Of a stretch of 56,268 nt of DNA, positions 25,923-36,931 are shown piece after piece. The notes beneath the pieces were generated by a model. It did not search any database, was not told the DNA's origin, and saw nothing but the letters and a program-made list of their open reading frames with translations. Every line of letters starts with the position of its first letter. Within the stretch, counting starts at the first letter, position 1. The stretch is taken from the sequence record SRR2962707_1778. One strand, written 5' to 3'. Made by a program: the position numbers and the translations under genes.

Positions 25923-27728
25923 GTGTCTTCAAATAATCTTAAGCACATACGAAATTTTTCGATCATCGCCCACATCGATCACGGTAAATCGACGTTAGCA
26001 GACCGCTTCATCCAGACCTGTGAAGGTTTGAGTGAACGGGAAATGTCGGCGCAAGTTCTTGACTCAATGGATATTGAGCGTGAGCGTGGTATTACTATCA
26101 AGGCCCAAAGTGTGACCTTGGATTATCACGCTAAAGATGGTCAAACTTACCAGCTTAACTTTATCGACACACCTGGACACGTTGACTTCTCTTATGAAGT
26201 ATCTCGTTCACTTGCGGCCTGTGAAGGCGCTTTGTTGGTCGTTGATGCGGCTCAAGGTGTGGAAGCTCAATCGGTAGCAAACTGTTATACCGCGATTGAG
26301 CAAGGCCTAGAAGTTATGCCGGTTCTCAATAAAATCGACCTGCCACAGGCAGAGCCAGAGCGTGTTTGTGCTGAAATCGAAGAGATTATCGGCATTGATG
26401 CCATGGACGCGGTCACCTGTTCGGCGAAAACCGGTGTGGGTGTGGACGATGTACTTGAGCGCCTTGTTGCGACTATTCCGCCACCAGAAGGCGATATTGA
26501 TGCGCCATTACAAGCCTTGATTATCGATTCTTGGTTTGATAACTACTTAGGCGTTGTGTCCTTAGTGCGTATCAAACAAGGGACATTACGCAAAAAAGAC
26601 AAGATCTTCATTAAGTCCACTAAACAGGTTCACCCTGTGGATATGGCGGGTATCTTTACACCAAAACGCAAAGAGACAGGCGTCTTGAAAGCGGGTGAAG
26701 TTGGCTATGTTGTCGCAGGCATCAAAGACATTCACGGCGCGCCAGTTGGGGACACGATTACCCATTCTAGTACACCTGATGTGGCTCAGCTTGAAGGTTT
26801 CAAAAAAGTGAAGCCTCAGGTTTACGCTGGTCTGTTCCCAGTCAGTTCTGATGACTACGAAGACTTTCGAGTGGCACTGGACAAACTGACGCTCAACGAC
26901 GCGTCTCTTTTCTTCGAGCCTGAAAGTTCAGATGCATTGGGCTTTGGTTTCCGTTGTGGCTTCCTTGGTATGCTGCACATGGAAATCATCCAAGAGCGTT
27001 TAGAGCGCGAATACGACCTAGACTTGATCACTACGGCGCCGACGGTTGTGTTTGAAGTCGAGTTAAACAACGGCGATATCATCAACGTTGATAGTCCTTC
27101 AAAAATGCCTGATCCGGGCACCATTAAAGAAATGCGTGAGCCTATTGTTGAAGCCAATATCTTGGTGCCTCAAGAGTATTTGGGCAACGTTATTACCTTG
27201 TGTATTGAAAAACGTGGCATTCAAAAAGACATGTTGTACGTTGGTAAGCAGGTGCAATTGCGCTATGAGTTGCCAATGAACGAAGTGGTGTTGGATTTCT
27301 TCGACAAATTGAAATCCTGCAGCCGTGGTTTTGCGTCGTTAGATTACAGTTTTAGCCACTTTAGCCCTGCGCCTTTGGTGCGTTTGGATGTGCTTATCAA
27401 TGGCGAGCGTGTCGATGCCCTGGCTTTGATCATGCACAAGGATAACGTTCAATATAAAGGCCGTGCTTTGTGTGAAAAAATGAAAGAATTGATTCCTCGT
27501 CAAATGTTTGATGTCGCCATTCAAGGGGCTGTCGGGGCAAAAGTCATTTCTCGTACGACGGTAAAAGCGCTGCGTAAAAACGTAATTGCTAAATGTTACG
27601 GTGGCGATGTGAGCCGTAAGAAAAAGCTATTGCAGAAACAGAAAGAAGGTAAAAAACGCATGAAGCAGGTTGGTAATGTTGAAGTGCCACAATCTGCTTT
27701 CCTTGCGGCGTTAAAAATCGATAGCTAA
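25923..27728 (+). CDS. lepA: Elongation factor 4
   Basis: [45 protein letters not shown]. Confidence 0.99.
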   Translation: MSSNNLKHIRNFSIIAHIDHGKSTLADRFIQTCEGLSEREMSAQVLDSMDIERERGITIKAQSVTLDYHAKDGQTYQLNFIDTPGHVDFSYEVSRSLAACEGALLVVDAAQGVEAQSVANCYTAIEQGLEVMPVLNKIDLPQAEPERVCAEIEEIIGIDAMDAVTCSAKTGVGVDDVLERLVATIPPPEGDIDAPLQALIIDSWFDNYLGVVSLVRIKQGTLRKKDKIFIKSTKQVHPVDMAGIFTPKRKETGVLKAGEVGYVVAGIKDIHGAPVGDTITHSSTPDVAQLEGFKKVKPQVYAGLFPVSSDDYEDFRVALDKLTLNDASLFFEPESSDALGFGFRCGFLGMLHMEIIQERLEREYDLDLITTAPTVVFEVELNNGDIINVDSPSKMPDPGTIKEMREPIVEANILVPQEYLGNVITLCIEKRGIQKDMLYVGKQVQLRYELPMNEVVLDFFDKLKSCSRGFASLDYSFSHFSPAPLVRLDVLINGERVDALALIMHKDNVQYKGRALCEKMKELIPRQMFDVAIQGAVGAKVISRTTVKALRKNVIAKCYGGDVSRKKKLLQKQKEGKKRMKQVGNVEVPQSAFLAALKIDS

Positions 27729-27781
27729 TTGTCGCGACAATAGAACAGGCATGTTGTTCATGCCTTTATGGAGACAGATGT

Positions 27782-28606
27782 ATGGGTCTTGATTTCGAAT
27801 TAATACTAACCATTGCTTTCGTGGTTACGGGTGCTTTTTGGTTGTATGACCGTATTGTGTTCGCACCAAAGCGCAAAGCTATCTTGGCAGATATGCCGGA
27901 GGCTGCTCGCTCGGCGTTGAAGAAAAACGATCTGCCTCTATTGGCCGATACACCTAAATATGTGGCAGAAGTTAAATCCTATTTTGTCATCATTGCGGTC
28001 ATTTTCTTTCTGCGCTCTTTTGTTGTTGAGCCATTTCAAATTCCATCTGGATCTATGTTGCCAACGTTAAAAATTGGTGACTTTATTTTGGTGAACAAAT
28101 TTGATTACGGTATTCGATTACCAGTATTGAACACTAAAATCATAGAAACAACCGAGCCTAAGCGTGGCGATGTGGTGGTGTTTAAATATCCTCGTGATCC
28201 TAGTCTAAACTATATTAAACGTTTGGTTGGGATGCCGGGCGATGTGATCAGTTATCACAACAAAACCTTGATGGTTAATGGTGAGGTCGTTAGTAAGGCG
28301 TTCTTAGCGGAATTGCCGATTTCTCTAAATCCTAACCAAGAGCCGGTAAAAGTCTATCAAGAGGGTTTAGGTGGTAAGCAGCACGAAACGTATAACTCTT
28401 ATCATCATGGTGCGCCTGATGGTGACTGGATAGTGCCAAAAGGTCATTATTTCGTGATGGGGGATAACCGTGATAACAGTGCAGATAGCCGAGAGTGGGG
28501 GTTTGTACCGGAAGCAAATCTGAAGGGCCGAGCTTTTTATGTGTGGCTTCATTGGAATAAGTTTTTGAGTATCCCAAGTTTTAAAAATAATGGTTTGATT
28601 GAATAA
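27782..28606 (+). CDS. lepB: Signal peptidase I
   Basis: [33 protein letters not shown]. Confidence 0.98.
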   Translation: MGLDFELILTIAFVVTGAFWLYDRIVFAPKRKAILADMPEAARSALKKNDLPLLADTPKYVAEVKSYFVIIAVIFFLRSFVVEPFQIPSGSMLPTLKIGDFILVNKFDYGIRLPVLNTKIIETTEPKRGDVVVFKYPRDPSLNYIKRLVGMPGDVISYHNKTLMVNGEVVSKAFLAELPISLNPNQEPVKVYQEGLGGKQHETYNSYHHGAPDGDWIVPKGHYFVMGDNRDNSADSREWGFVPEANLKGRAFYVWLHWNKFLSIPSFKNNGLIE

Positions 28607-28623
28607 GTATTTTTGGAGAAATT

Positions 28624-29301
28624 TTGAGTTCACTGTATCAGAAGTTGTGTCGGCGTATAGGGTATTTTTTTGCTGACCTTGGACTGCTTGAGCTGGCGCT
28701 AACGCACCGTAGTTTTGCTGGGAAGAATAACGAGCGCCTAGAGTTTTTAGGCGACTCCATTCTTAATTATGTGATCGCGGAAGATTTATTTCATCGTTTC
28801 CCAAAGGCGAAAGAGGGTGAGTTAAGTCGCCTTAGAGCGTCTTTGGTAAAAGGTGACACATTGGCAGAATTAGCGCGTGAGTTTCAGTTGGGTGACTTTC
28901 TTAAACTGGGCGCAGGCGAATTGAAAAGTGGCGGTTTTCGCCGTGATTCAATCTTGGCCGATGCGGTTGAAGGCATCATTGGTGGTATGTACCTGGATGC
29001 GGGTATGGACGTTTGTCGTGAACACATACTGGCTTGGTATAAAGAGCGTCTGGATGCCACGTCGCTTAAAATTGTGACAAAGGATGCAAAAACGCGTTTG
29101 CAGGAATTCTTGCAAGCAAGAAAGCATGGCTTACCTCAATACGAAGTTGTGCAGATAGTGGGCGAGCCTCATGATCAAACCTTTTTTGTTCATTGTCAGA
29201 TCGAGTTGAGTGATGAGCCTATTGAAGGCAAAGGTAATAGTCGCCGAATTGCAGAGCAAAATGCAGCAACCAAAGCGCTCAAACAATTGGAAAAGAAATA
29301 A
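28624..29301 (+). CDS. rnc: Ribonuclease III
   Basis: [10 protein letters not shown] signature and C-terminal dsRBD; TTG start. Confidence 0.98.
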   Translation: MSSLYQKLCRRIGYFFADLGLLELALTHRSFAGKNNERLEFLGDSILNYVIAEDLFHRFPKAKEGELSRLRASLVKGDTLAELAREFQLGDFLKLGAGELKSGGFRRDSILADAVEGIIGGMYLDAGMDVCREHILAWYKERLDATSLKIVTKDAKTRLQEFLQARKHGLPQYEVVQIVGEPHDQTFFVHCQIELSDEPIEGKGNSRRIAEQNAATKALKQLEKK

Positions 29302-30203
29302 TGTCTGACGTCGAAATTACTCATTGCGGTTATGTGGCCATTGTTGGTCGCCCAAACGTTGGTAAATCCACTTTGTTGAACCATATTTTGGGGCAGAAGC
29401 TTTCTATTACGTCACGTAAACCTCAGACAACCCGAGACCAGATTCTAGGGGTGAAAACAGAAGGGCATATTCAAGCCATCTATGTAGACACGCCAGGGTT
29501 GCATTTGGGTGAGACAAAAGCGATTAACCGTTTTATGAACAAAACGGCGTCGGCGGCATTGAAAGACGTTGACGTGATTTTGTTCGTGGTCGACGCCGAT
29601 CGCTGGACGGAAGAAGATGAGTCTGTTTTGCAAAAAGTAAAACACGCTCGTTGTCCTGTTGTTTTGGTTGCGAATAAAGTAGATCAAATTGAAAATAAAG
29701 ACGACATATTGCCGCGTTTAGCGAACTTGTCTGAGCGTATGAATTTCTCTCAGATCGTTCCTATTTCGGCGTTGCGCAATAAGAATCTAGATCGTCTTGA
29801 ACGTTTGGTAGAAAGCTACATTCCTGAGGGGATGGCGTTTTACCCTGAAGATCAAATCACCAATCGCAGTTCGCGTTTTTTAGCGGCCGAAATCGTCCGT
29901 GAAAAAATCACCCGTCAATTGGGGCAAGAAGTGCCTTATGAAGTCGCGGTTCAAATCGAAGAGTTTGTCTTTGAGGAATCGGCGATTCACATTAGTGCAT
30001 TGATTCTGGTTGAGCGAAATGGCCAAAAGCGCATTATCATTGGTGAACGTGGCGATAAGATCAAGTTGATCGGCAAAGAAGCCCGCATCGATATGGAAAA
30101 CCTGTTTCAGCATAAGGTGATGCTAAACCTATGGATTAAGGTGCGTTCCGGTTGGTCTGATGATGAGCGTGCTTTGGCAAGTTTGGGTTATCAGGAAGAA
30201 TAG
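29301..30203 (+). CDS. era: GTPase Era
   Basis: [28 protein letters not shown] domain. Confidence 0.98.
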   Translation: MSDVEITHCGYVAIVGRPNVGKSTLLNHILGQKLSITSRKPQTTRDQILGVKTEGHIQAIYVDTPGLHLGETKAINRFMNKTASAALKDVDVILFVVDADRWTEEDESVLQKVKHARCPVVLVANKVDQIENKDDILPRLANLSERMNFSQIVPISALRNKNLDRLERLVESYIPEGMAFYPEDQITNRSSRFLAAEIVREKITRQLGQEVPYEVAVQIEEFVFEESAIHISALILVERNGQKRIIIGERGDKIKLIGKEARIDMENLFQHKVMLNLWIKVRSGWSDDERALASLGYQEE

Positions 30204-30229
30204 TTTGGATATCAGAAAGGGTAAATAGT

Positions 30230-30970
30230 ATGCGCGTCAGTGCGTATGTCATCCATACTCGCCCGTTTCAAGATGGCAAAATCCTAGTGGATTTGCTCAC
30301 GCTTGAGCAAGGTTTATTGAGGGGAGTATGGCGTTTACCTAAAAAAGAGGCTCGGGTCATACCTGGGCCTTTTTTATGCTTTGAAGTTGAGTGTACAGGG
30401 CGTGGCGAGCTGAAAACCATTAAGAGCATGGAGTCGGTGCAAGCGGGCTTTTATCTGGAAGGCATGCCTCTTTATGCGGGTTTGTACATTCATGAAATTG
30501 TTGAAAGGTTATTGCCCCTTAACCTCCCATTACCTGCTATCTATGAGCTTTATCAATGGTTAATAAGTAGCTTGCATGGCGGGGTCTCCATTGCGCCCAT
30601 TTTAAGGCGTTTTGAAGTGGGTTTGTTTGCTGAGTTAGGGGTTGCCATTAATATGGCGTCGACGAGTCGTGGTGAGGCTTTGAGTGGTAAGCAGCTTTAT
30701 CAGTTTCATCAGAAATTTGGCTTAAGGCCGTATTATGGTGAACAGCCGAAACAAGTGCCTTTACTCTATGTTGAAGGGCAGGTGGCGCTCGATTACAACG
30801 CAGGAGCATGGACAAATAAGCAGGTGCTCGGTTTGGCCAAAGAGTTGCATCGCTCTTGGTTGGATGGCTTGTTAAATGGCAAGCCTGTCAGCGCCAGACG
30901 CTTGCTTCCAAAGCATGTCTTTCAGGGAGAGCGACTAAATGGCGTGCCTATCTTTCGAGCGCTACCTTAG
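30230..30970 (+). CDS. recO: DNA repair protein RecO
   Basis: AYVIHTRP N-terminus, GRGELKT, LYAGLY, LRRFE; position after era. Confidence 0.9.
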   Translation: MRVSAYVIHTRPFQDGKILVDLLTLEQGLLRGVWRLPKKEARVIPGPFLCFEVECTGRGELKTIKSMESVQAGFYLEGMPLYAGLYIHEIVERLLPLNLPLPAIYELYQWLISSLHGGVSIAPILRRFEVGLFAELGVAINMASTSRGEALSGKQLYQFHQKFGLRPYYGEQPKQVPLLYVEGQVALDYNAGAWTNKQVLGLAKELHRSWLDGLLNGKPVSARRLLPKHVFQGERLNGVPIFRALP

Positions 30971-31049
30971 CGAGTGGAAAGTGACTTGGTTTTTTTGGCT
31001 ATGTCATTGATTTTAGGTTGGTATAAAGAATGAATTTTACAGTAGGTAA

Positions 31050-31442
31050 ATGGTTGTGATCATTGGGATTGGCACAGATTTAGTGGATATTTCGCGTGTA
31101 TCGGACTCGATTACAAGGCTGGGTGAGCGTTTTATTGAACGCATTTTGACCGCGGATGAAAAAGCGCAATGGGCTTTGATATCGAATCAGCCAAAGCGCG
31201 ATGCTTTTGTTGCGAAGCGTTTTGCAGCAAAAGAAGCGGCGGTTAAAGCCTTGGGGACTGGCATAGGTCGAGGCGTCAGTTTTCAGCATTTCCAAGTGAA
31301 TAACCTTCCATCAGGCCAACCCGTTCTGGTGGTTGATAGCAGTATAGAAGCCCGTTTTGAGTCGCCGGTTACCTGGCATTTGAGTTTAACCGACGAAAAG
31401 GCTTACGCTCAGGCGTTTGTTATTCTTGAGGCCAAGGGATAA
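31050..31442 (+). CDS. acpS: Holo-ACP synthase
   Basis: GIGTDLV, AKRFAAKEAAVKALGTG, HLSLTDE. Confidence 0.96.
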   Translation: MVVIIGIGTDLVDISRVSDSITRLGERFIERILTADEKAQWALISNQPKRDAFVAKRFAAKEAAVKALGTGIGRGVSFQHFQVNNLPSGQPVLVVDSSIEARFESPVTWHLSLTDEKAYAQAFVILEAKG

Positions 31443-34218
31443 GGTGGCGAATGGCTAGTAGCATATCAATGCTGTCTAAAAAGTCGTTTAACACACCTTC
31501 TACGTCTTCCATGCCCAGTTCTTTTAAGTGGGTTTCTAAAAAGCCCGCATGACGGGTTAACTCAATGGTTCCTGTGTATTTTGATGCGCCATGTATACGA
31601 TGCACAACGTGAATCAGTTTTTCAGTGTCCTGAAGTTCAAAATGATGTCTTAGCAGTTTTTTCTCGTCGGCAAGCGAGTCGGCGAGCATCTCAAACATTT
31701 CTTTTGCTATGTCGCTTTTCTGACTGACGATGGACAATGCTTTATTGATATCAAAGGCTTGTGTCACCTGGGTGTTGATGTGTTCTTGGGCGCTTTCTTT
31801 TCTTAAACACCATTTCTCAATAGTATTTAACAGAATGAGCTCATCGACGGGTTTGGTCAGATAGGCGTTCATGCCAGAGGCTAGTATGTTGTCTTGCTCA
31901 GAACCAAGTGCATGGGCCGTTAGGGCAACAATTGGTGTCTCTTTGTACGCCTCTAATGCGCGCAAGTGCTGGGTGGTTTCTAGGCCATCCATCTCGGGCA
32001 TCTGAATGTCCATTAGAATCAAATCAAATTGCTGCTCTTTTGCCATGCTAATGGCTTTGCGACCGCTATTGGCTAAAAATACGTTTAGTCCATGAGGGGT
32101 TAGCCAGTGTGTTAGCAGTTGTAAGTTTACTTGGGTGTCATCCACAGCAAGTATTTTAAGCCCCGTTAAATGGGTAACAGGCAGGGGCTGCTTTTCAATG
32201 GTTGGGCTGTCGCTAGTAAGGCCTGCAGCGGCTATCGCGTTGGGCGGCTGAATGTTTTTTAACGCATTAAATAAATGTTTGTGACTGATGGGCTTAAGCA
32301 ATACATCGCTGCACATTGTTTTCAGTTTCGGGTAGTGATTTATCTGGCCTGGCGGCTGAATCATCAAGATGCAAGGAATGTTAAATTGCTTAATGGCATA
32401 CGAAGCGAGTTCTTTGGCGTCATTGGTGCTTTGTTTGTTCGGGATGATGTTTAAGAGAATCGCATCCACTTTGTTATGGTGTTGATTGAGCTTAGAAATG
32501 ATTTGCTCGACGCCTGAACAGGCGATGCTTTCAACGCCTATTTCTGAAAAATAGTTGCTAAGGTAGTGTCGATAGGTGTTGCTAGGCTCTAGGAAAACAA
32601 TGAATTTTTCCAGCTTTTCTTGCTTCGGCTGAGGCTTGTTTGATGGTTTGAGTTTGAGCGTAAAGTGAAACGTAGAGCCTATTTTAGGAACGCTGCTTAT
32701 GTTGATGACGCCGCCCATTTGCTCGACCAGTTTTTTGGTAATGACCAAGCCTAACCCGGTGCCACCAAATTTGCGTGTAGTGCTGGTATCTACTTGGGAG
32801 AAGGGTTTAAAAAGCTGGTTTATTTTGTCTTCTGGAATGCCAATGCCGGTGTCGATGACCTGAAAGGACAGGGTTAACTGGTCTTTGCTTTTGCTCGACA
32901 GTATGACTTTGGTTTTTATGGAACCTTTGTTCGTGAATTTCAGTGCGTTGCTGATTAAGTTGGTAAACACCTGGCGTATACGAATACTGTCGCCAATCAT
33001 GGTTTGTGGTACGTCGGGAGAGAAATCAGTGACTAGGTCAATTTGCTTGTCATTGGTGAGCAAATTGGCACTCAGTATTTGGTAAACGTCATCGACCAGC
33101 TCTCTGATGTTGATGAGACTGTGATCCAAGCTTAGTTTGCCCGCCTCAATTTTTGAGAAATCTAAAATGTCGCCAATGATGGCCAATAGACTATTGGTGG
33201 ATTGTTCAATGGTATCGACATAAAGCTTGTTTTGGTTGTCCTTGATGTTCTTCTGAAGGATTTTGGTGTAGCCCAAAATGGCGTTGAGCGGGGTTCTTAC
33301 CTCGTGGCTAATATTGGCAAGGAATTGAGATTTGAGTCGATTCGATTCCATCGCTTCTTTGTTGGCAATGTACAACTGAGCGCTTTTTTCTTCCATGCTG
33401 TCCATGTTTCTACGCATGTCTTCAGTCGATTGTTCTATCCCTGCCGTGAGCTCTTTTTTGTGATTTTCAAGTCGCTCAGCAAGTTCTAGCAAGTCTTTTT
33501 GAATCTCAGAGTATTGGCTTGGCAGCTTGATGGATTTTGCGGCGGCGTATTGACTCTTCGTCAGTTTGCGCAGCGATAAGGACACTTTTTCGATGGGGTG
33601 TGTCAGTGAGCCAGCAACACGGGAGGTGATGAAGGCATTGAGAACATTAAAAAGAGAAAATAAGAAAAGCAGCAAAAAGAAGAGTTGGTATTTTGCAATG
33701 TCCAGTTGCGATATGTTGGTTTCTACCTTGATCCAGCCGATGATGTTGCGTTGTATTTTAGGATTATAAGAATCAAGCGGTGAGCTCAGGCTGCTATCGA
33801 TAGGCAGTGGGTTATGATAAATCGCCTGTGTACTGACGAGAAAGGTTCCGGATCTTTGGGTTTGCGCAAGCGCCGATAATGACGGTGTTGGTATGTGGGC
33901 GGCCGGACCGATCTCAGAGATCACTTCTTTTTTATGGTTGAACACAGTGATGTTGTTGATGTTGCCATAGCTCAATGCGTGTTCTAGAAGTTGAGAAATT
34001 AACTGTTTGTTTGATGTGGTTATCGCGTACTCGCTGGTAATAGCGAGTTGATTGGTGATGTTTTGGATTTTGTTTTCAACCTGCGTATTTAGGTCGTGCA
34101 TTCTATAGACGAAGACAAGCACACAGAAAAAAAGCGAGATGATGAACGTTGGCGCAAACAGCATCCAAAAAAGCTTGCGTCTCGGCGACAGATTGATCGA
34201 GAAGGGGAATGCCCTCAT
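31420..34218 (-). CDS. gacS: Hybrid sensor kinase GacS/BarA
   Basis: Two TMs, HAMP-like region, FLANISHEVRTPLN, ATPase GTGLGL, receiver LMDIQMP, HPt HRIHGA; divergent from cysM-rlmD-relA; start reassigned to ATG 34218. Confidence 0.9.
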   Translation of the reverse strand: MRAFPFSINLSPRRKLFWMLFAPTFIISLFFCVLVFVYRMHDLNTQVENKIQNITNQLAITSEYAITTSNKQLISQLLEHALSYGNINNITVFNHKKEVISEIGPAAHIPTPSLSALAQTQRSGTFLVSTQAIYHNPLPIDSSLSSPLDSYNPKIQRNIIGWIKVETNISQLDIAKYQLFFLLLFLFSLFNVLNAFITSRVAGSLTHPIEKVSLSLRKLTKSQYAAAKSIKLPSQYSEIQKDLLELAERLENHKKELTAGIEQSTEDMRRNMDSMEEKSAQLYIANKEAMESNRLKSQFLANISHEVRTPLNAILGYTKILQKNIKDNQNKLYVDTIEQSTNSLLAIIGDILDFSKIEAGKLSLDHSLINIRELVDDVYQILSANLLTNDKQIDLVTDFSPDVPQTMIGDSIRIRQVFTNLISNALKFTNKGSIKTKVILSSKSKDQLTLSFQVIDTGIGIPEDKINQLFKPFSQVDTSTTRKFGGTGLGLVITKKLVEQMGGVINISSVPKIGSTFHFTLKLKPSNKPQPKQEKLEKFIVFLEPSNTYRHYLSNYFSEIGVESIACSGVEQIISKLNQHHNKVDAILLNIIPNKQSTNDAKELASYAIKQFNIPCILMIQPPGQINHYPKLKTMCSDVLLKPISHKHLFNALKNIQPPNAIAAAGLTSDSPTIEKQPLPVTHLTGLKILAVDDTQVNLQLLTHWLTPHGLNVFLANSGRKAISMAKEQQFDLILMDIQMPEMDGLETTQHLRALEAYKETPIVALTAHALGSEQDNILASGMNAYLTKPVDELILLNTIEKWCLRKESAQEHINTQVTQAFDINKALSIVSQKSDIAKEMFEMLADSLADEKKLLRHHFELQDTEKLIHVVHRIHGASKYTGTIELTRHAGFLETHLKELGMEDVEGVLNDFLDSIDMLLAIRHLIPWPQE

Positions 34219-34243
34219 GTTAAAACGCACAGTTTTTTTTTCG

Positions 34244-34468
34244 TTAGTAGCACACCAGGTTGCCTTTGTTTTTACGGCGGCTGCATTCACGCTCGTAGTT
34301 TTCGCATGCCAATACTTTGGTGCGTGATGGGTTTTTAATTTGTTTGCATTCACGCCATTTACTTCTTAATTCGTTATCTGGAATGTCCGCCGCAGGTCCA
34401 GCAAACATGTCGCACCCCGCGAGCAGTAATAGAGAAATTAATGTGGTGATACAGAGGCAAGTGCGCAT
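34244..34468 (-). CDS. 74-aa Cys-rich lipoprotein
   Basis: GGAG RBS, lipobox LAGC, four further Cys in the mature part. Confidence 0.75.
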   Translation of the reverse strand: MRTCLCITTLISLLLLAGCDMFAGPAADIPDNELRSKWRECKQIKNPSRTKVLACENYERECSRRKNKGNLVCY

Positions 34469-34601
34469 GCTTTGGGCTCCAAATGTGAATTCTTGGCTAA
34501 GTTTATAACGCTTTCTTATTTTACTCTTGAGTAATAGTGTTTTTAAATGCACCTAAATGTTAAGTTTCATTCCCCACGTTATTAATGTCAATGAAGTTTT
34601 T

Positions 34602-35498
34602 ATGAGCCAGTACCCAACGATAGAATCCATTATAGGACAAACCCCATTAGTGCGCTTACAACGCATCAACCCTAATTCTAGCAATACAATTTTGCTGAAA
34701 CTAGAAGGGCAAAATCCAGCAGGCTCGGTAAAAGATCGACCTGCGTTAAACATGATAGTGCAAGCTGAACGACGCGGTGATATCAAACCAGGAGATAGCC
34801 TAATTGAGGCGACAAGTGGTAATACTGGGATTGCGTTGGCAATGACGGCGGCCATCAAAGGCTACAAAATGCACCTTATTATGCCAGATAATATGAGTCA
34901 GGAGCGTAAGTCGGCGATGACGGCTTATGGGGCTGAGCTGCATTTGGTGACTAAGGAAGAAGGCATAGAGCGCGCTCGTGATTTGGCCTTGGAAATGCAA
35001 GATCAAGGTGTGGGTAAGGTGCTAAACCAATTTGGTAATCAGGATAACCCTAATGCGCATTATGTGAGTACAGGGCCTGAAATTTGGCAGCAAACTGAAG
35101 GTACGGTAACGCACTTTGTGAGCTCAATGGGAACGACCGGCACCATTATGGGTGTGTCTCATTATTTAAAAGAGCAAAACCCAAACATAGAAATTGTTGG
35201 CTTGCAGCCGCAAGAGGGCTCGAGTATTCCAGGTATTCGACGTTGGCCGAAAGAGTATTTACCGGCTATTTTCGATGAGACTCGTGTCGATACTGTGATG
35301 GACGTGGGCCAAGGTGATGCAGAAACAACGATGCGTCGTCTCGCAACAGAAGAAGGTATTTTCTGTGGTGTGTCTTCTGGAGGCTCTGTTTTTGCTGCGC
35401 TCGAATTATCGAAAACGGTCAATAATGCCGTGATCGTGGCGATTGTTTGTGATCGAGGCGACCGTTACTTATCAACCGGTGTGTTTAATCCCGCGTAA
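34602..35498 (+). CDS. cysM: Cysteine synthase B
   Basis: NPAGSVKDR, TSGNTG, SMGTTGT, IPGIRRWP; start at MSQYPT. Confidence 0.97.
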   Translation: MSQYPTIESIIGQTPLVRLQRINPNSSNTILLKLEGQNPAGSVKDRPALNMIVQAERRGDIKPGDSLIEATSGNTGIALAMTAAIKGYKMHLIMPDNMSQERKSAMTAYGAELHLVTKEEGIERARDLALEMQDQGVGKVLNQFGNQDNPNAHYVSTGPEIWQQTEGTVTHFVSSMGTTGTIMGVSHYLKEQNPNIEIVGLQPQEGSSIPGIRRWPKEYLPAIFDETRVDTVMDVGQGDAETTMRRLATEEGIFCGVSSGGSVFAALELSKTVNNAVIVAIVCDRGDRYLSTGVFNPA

Positions 35499-35599
35499 GT
35501 TTATTGTCTTTGTTGTGGGGTGATAAATAGTAGGGATCGATAAACAGATGCGTTAGAATAGCATTATTTATTGATCCCAGCTTAATTAGAGAGTCTCCA

Positions 35600-36931
35600 T
35601 TGAGAAGAAGAACAGCACCACGTCGCTCCCCTAAAGTGCAGCCCCTAGGTCCAGTTCAAACGTATCAGGTGGACAGCTTAACCCATGAAGCAAAAGGGGT
35701 GGCGCGCTTCTCTGGTAAAGTTACTTTTATTGACGGCGCTCTGCCTGGTGAAACGGTAGAAGCGCAAGTTGTTAAGGCTGGACGTCGTTTTGACGAAGCC
35801 AATTTAACCCGTATTCTTCAATCCAGTCCTCATCGTATTTCCCCAGCGTGTGTTCACTTTGCTAAGTGCGGCGGTTGTAGTTTTCAGCATCTGGCCGCAG
35901 AGCAGCAGTTAGAAACGAAAAAACAATGGCTTAAAGGGCAGCTACGAAATGTGGCCGATAACGCTGAGCTTGAGTTGTTAAGTGATGCTCCTTTTGCTTA
36001 TCGTCGTCGCGCAAGAATCTCCATCCAGTCTCAAAAAGAAGGCTTTCAAATGGGGTTTAGAGGGAAAGCCTCTAAAAACATCATCCAAATTGATCAATGT
36101 TTAGTGCTTACTCAGCCACTTCAACTCGTCTATGCCGCGCTTAAAAAATCGTTAGAAAATAATGCTCTAACCAGTAAGATTGGGCATATTGAGTTGCTGG
36201 AAGATACGCAAGGCTCCTCTGTGTTGTTTCGCTTGACGGCGCCAATAGCAGAGTCTCTACAAGCAGAATGGCAGGCGTGGGCTAAGGATCATGATGTTGT
36301 GCTGTATTGGCAGCAACCAACTGAAAGCAAAGCGTCTGTAGCGCCAACCTCGTTAAGACGTTATGAGCTGGACGGTTTGACGTTCCAGTATCATCCACAA
36401 GACTTTATTCAGGTGAACCAAACCTTAAACCAACAGATGGTCGCGCAAGCGATGGATTGGTTAGCGCCTAATGATGAGGATGTTATTTTAGATTTGTTTT
36501 GTGGCGTCGGAAACTTTTCGTTGCCTTTGGCAAAGCGAGCAAAACAGGTCTTAGGGATTGAAGTGCAAGAGAGTATGGTGGAGGCTGGCCGGAAAAATGC
36601 TCAGCTAAATCAACTGGACAAGGTGGCATTCTTAGCGGCAGACTTAACTCAACCGGTTTCGGCTGGTTTGTCGAAAATGGGCGTAACGAAAGTGCTGCTT
36701 GATCCTCCTCGGACAGGCGCTTTAGAGTTTCTTGATAGCATTATAAAAATCAAACCAGAGCAAATATTGTATGTTTCTTGCAACGCTTCTACTTTGGCAC
36801 GGGATGCTGAGTATTTAGTCGCAAAAGGATATCAGGTCTCACGGGTCAGTTTGATGGATATGTTTCCTCAAACTTCCCATGTAGAGGCAATGATGTTGCT
36901 GCAAAAAAGAAGTAAATTGAAGGGCAAGTAA
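35600..36931 (+). CDS. rlmD: 23S rRNA m5U1939 methyltransferase
   Basis: TRAM domain, CX5CGGC Fe-S motif, DLFCGVGNF, DPPR, YVSCN, DMFPQTSHVE; directly upstream of relA. Confidence 0.95.
   Translation: MRRRTAPRRSPKVQPLGPVQTYQVDSLTHEAKGVARFSGKVTFIDGALPGETVEAQVVKAGRRFDEANLTRILQSSPHRISPACVHFAKCGGCSFQHLAAEQQLETKKQWLKGQLRNVADNAELELLSDAPFAYRRRARISIQSQKEGFQMGFRGKASKNIIQIDQCLVLTQPLQLVYAALKKSLENNALTSKIGHIELLEDTQGSSVLFRLTAPIAESLQAEWQAWAKDHDVVLYWQQPTESKASVAPTSLRRYELDGLTFQYHPQDFIQVNQTLNQQMVAQAMDWLAPNDEDVILDLFCGVGNFSLPLAKRAKQVLGIEVQESMVEAGRKNAQLNQLDKVAFLAADLTQPVSAGLSKMGVTKVLLDPPRTGALEFLDSIIKIKPEQILYVSCNASTLARDAEYLVAKGYQVSRVSLMDMFPQTSHVEAMMLLQKRSKLKGK

Noticed and set aside
34219-34353. N-terminal 45 aa of the 977-aa kinase ORF
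   Set aside because: Overlaps the better-supported lipoprotein gene in another frame; kinase start moved to 34218
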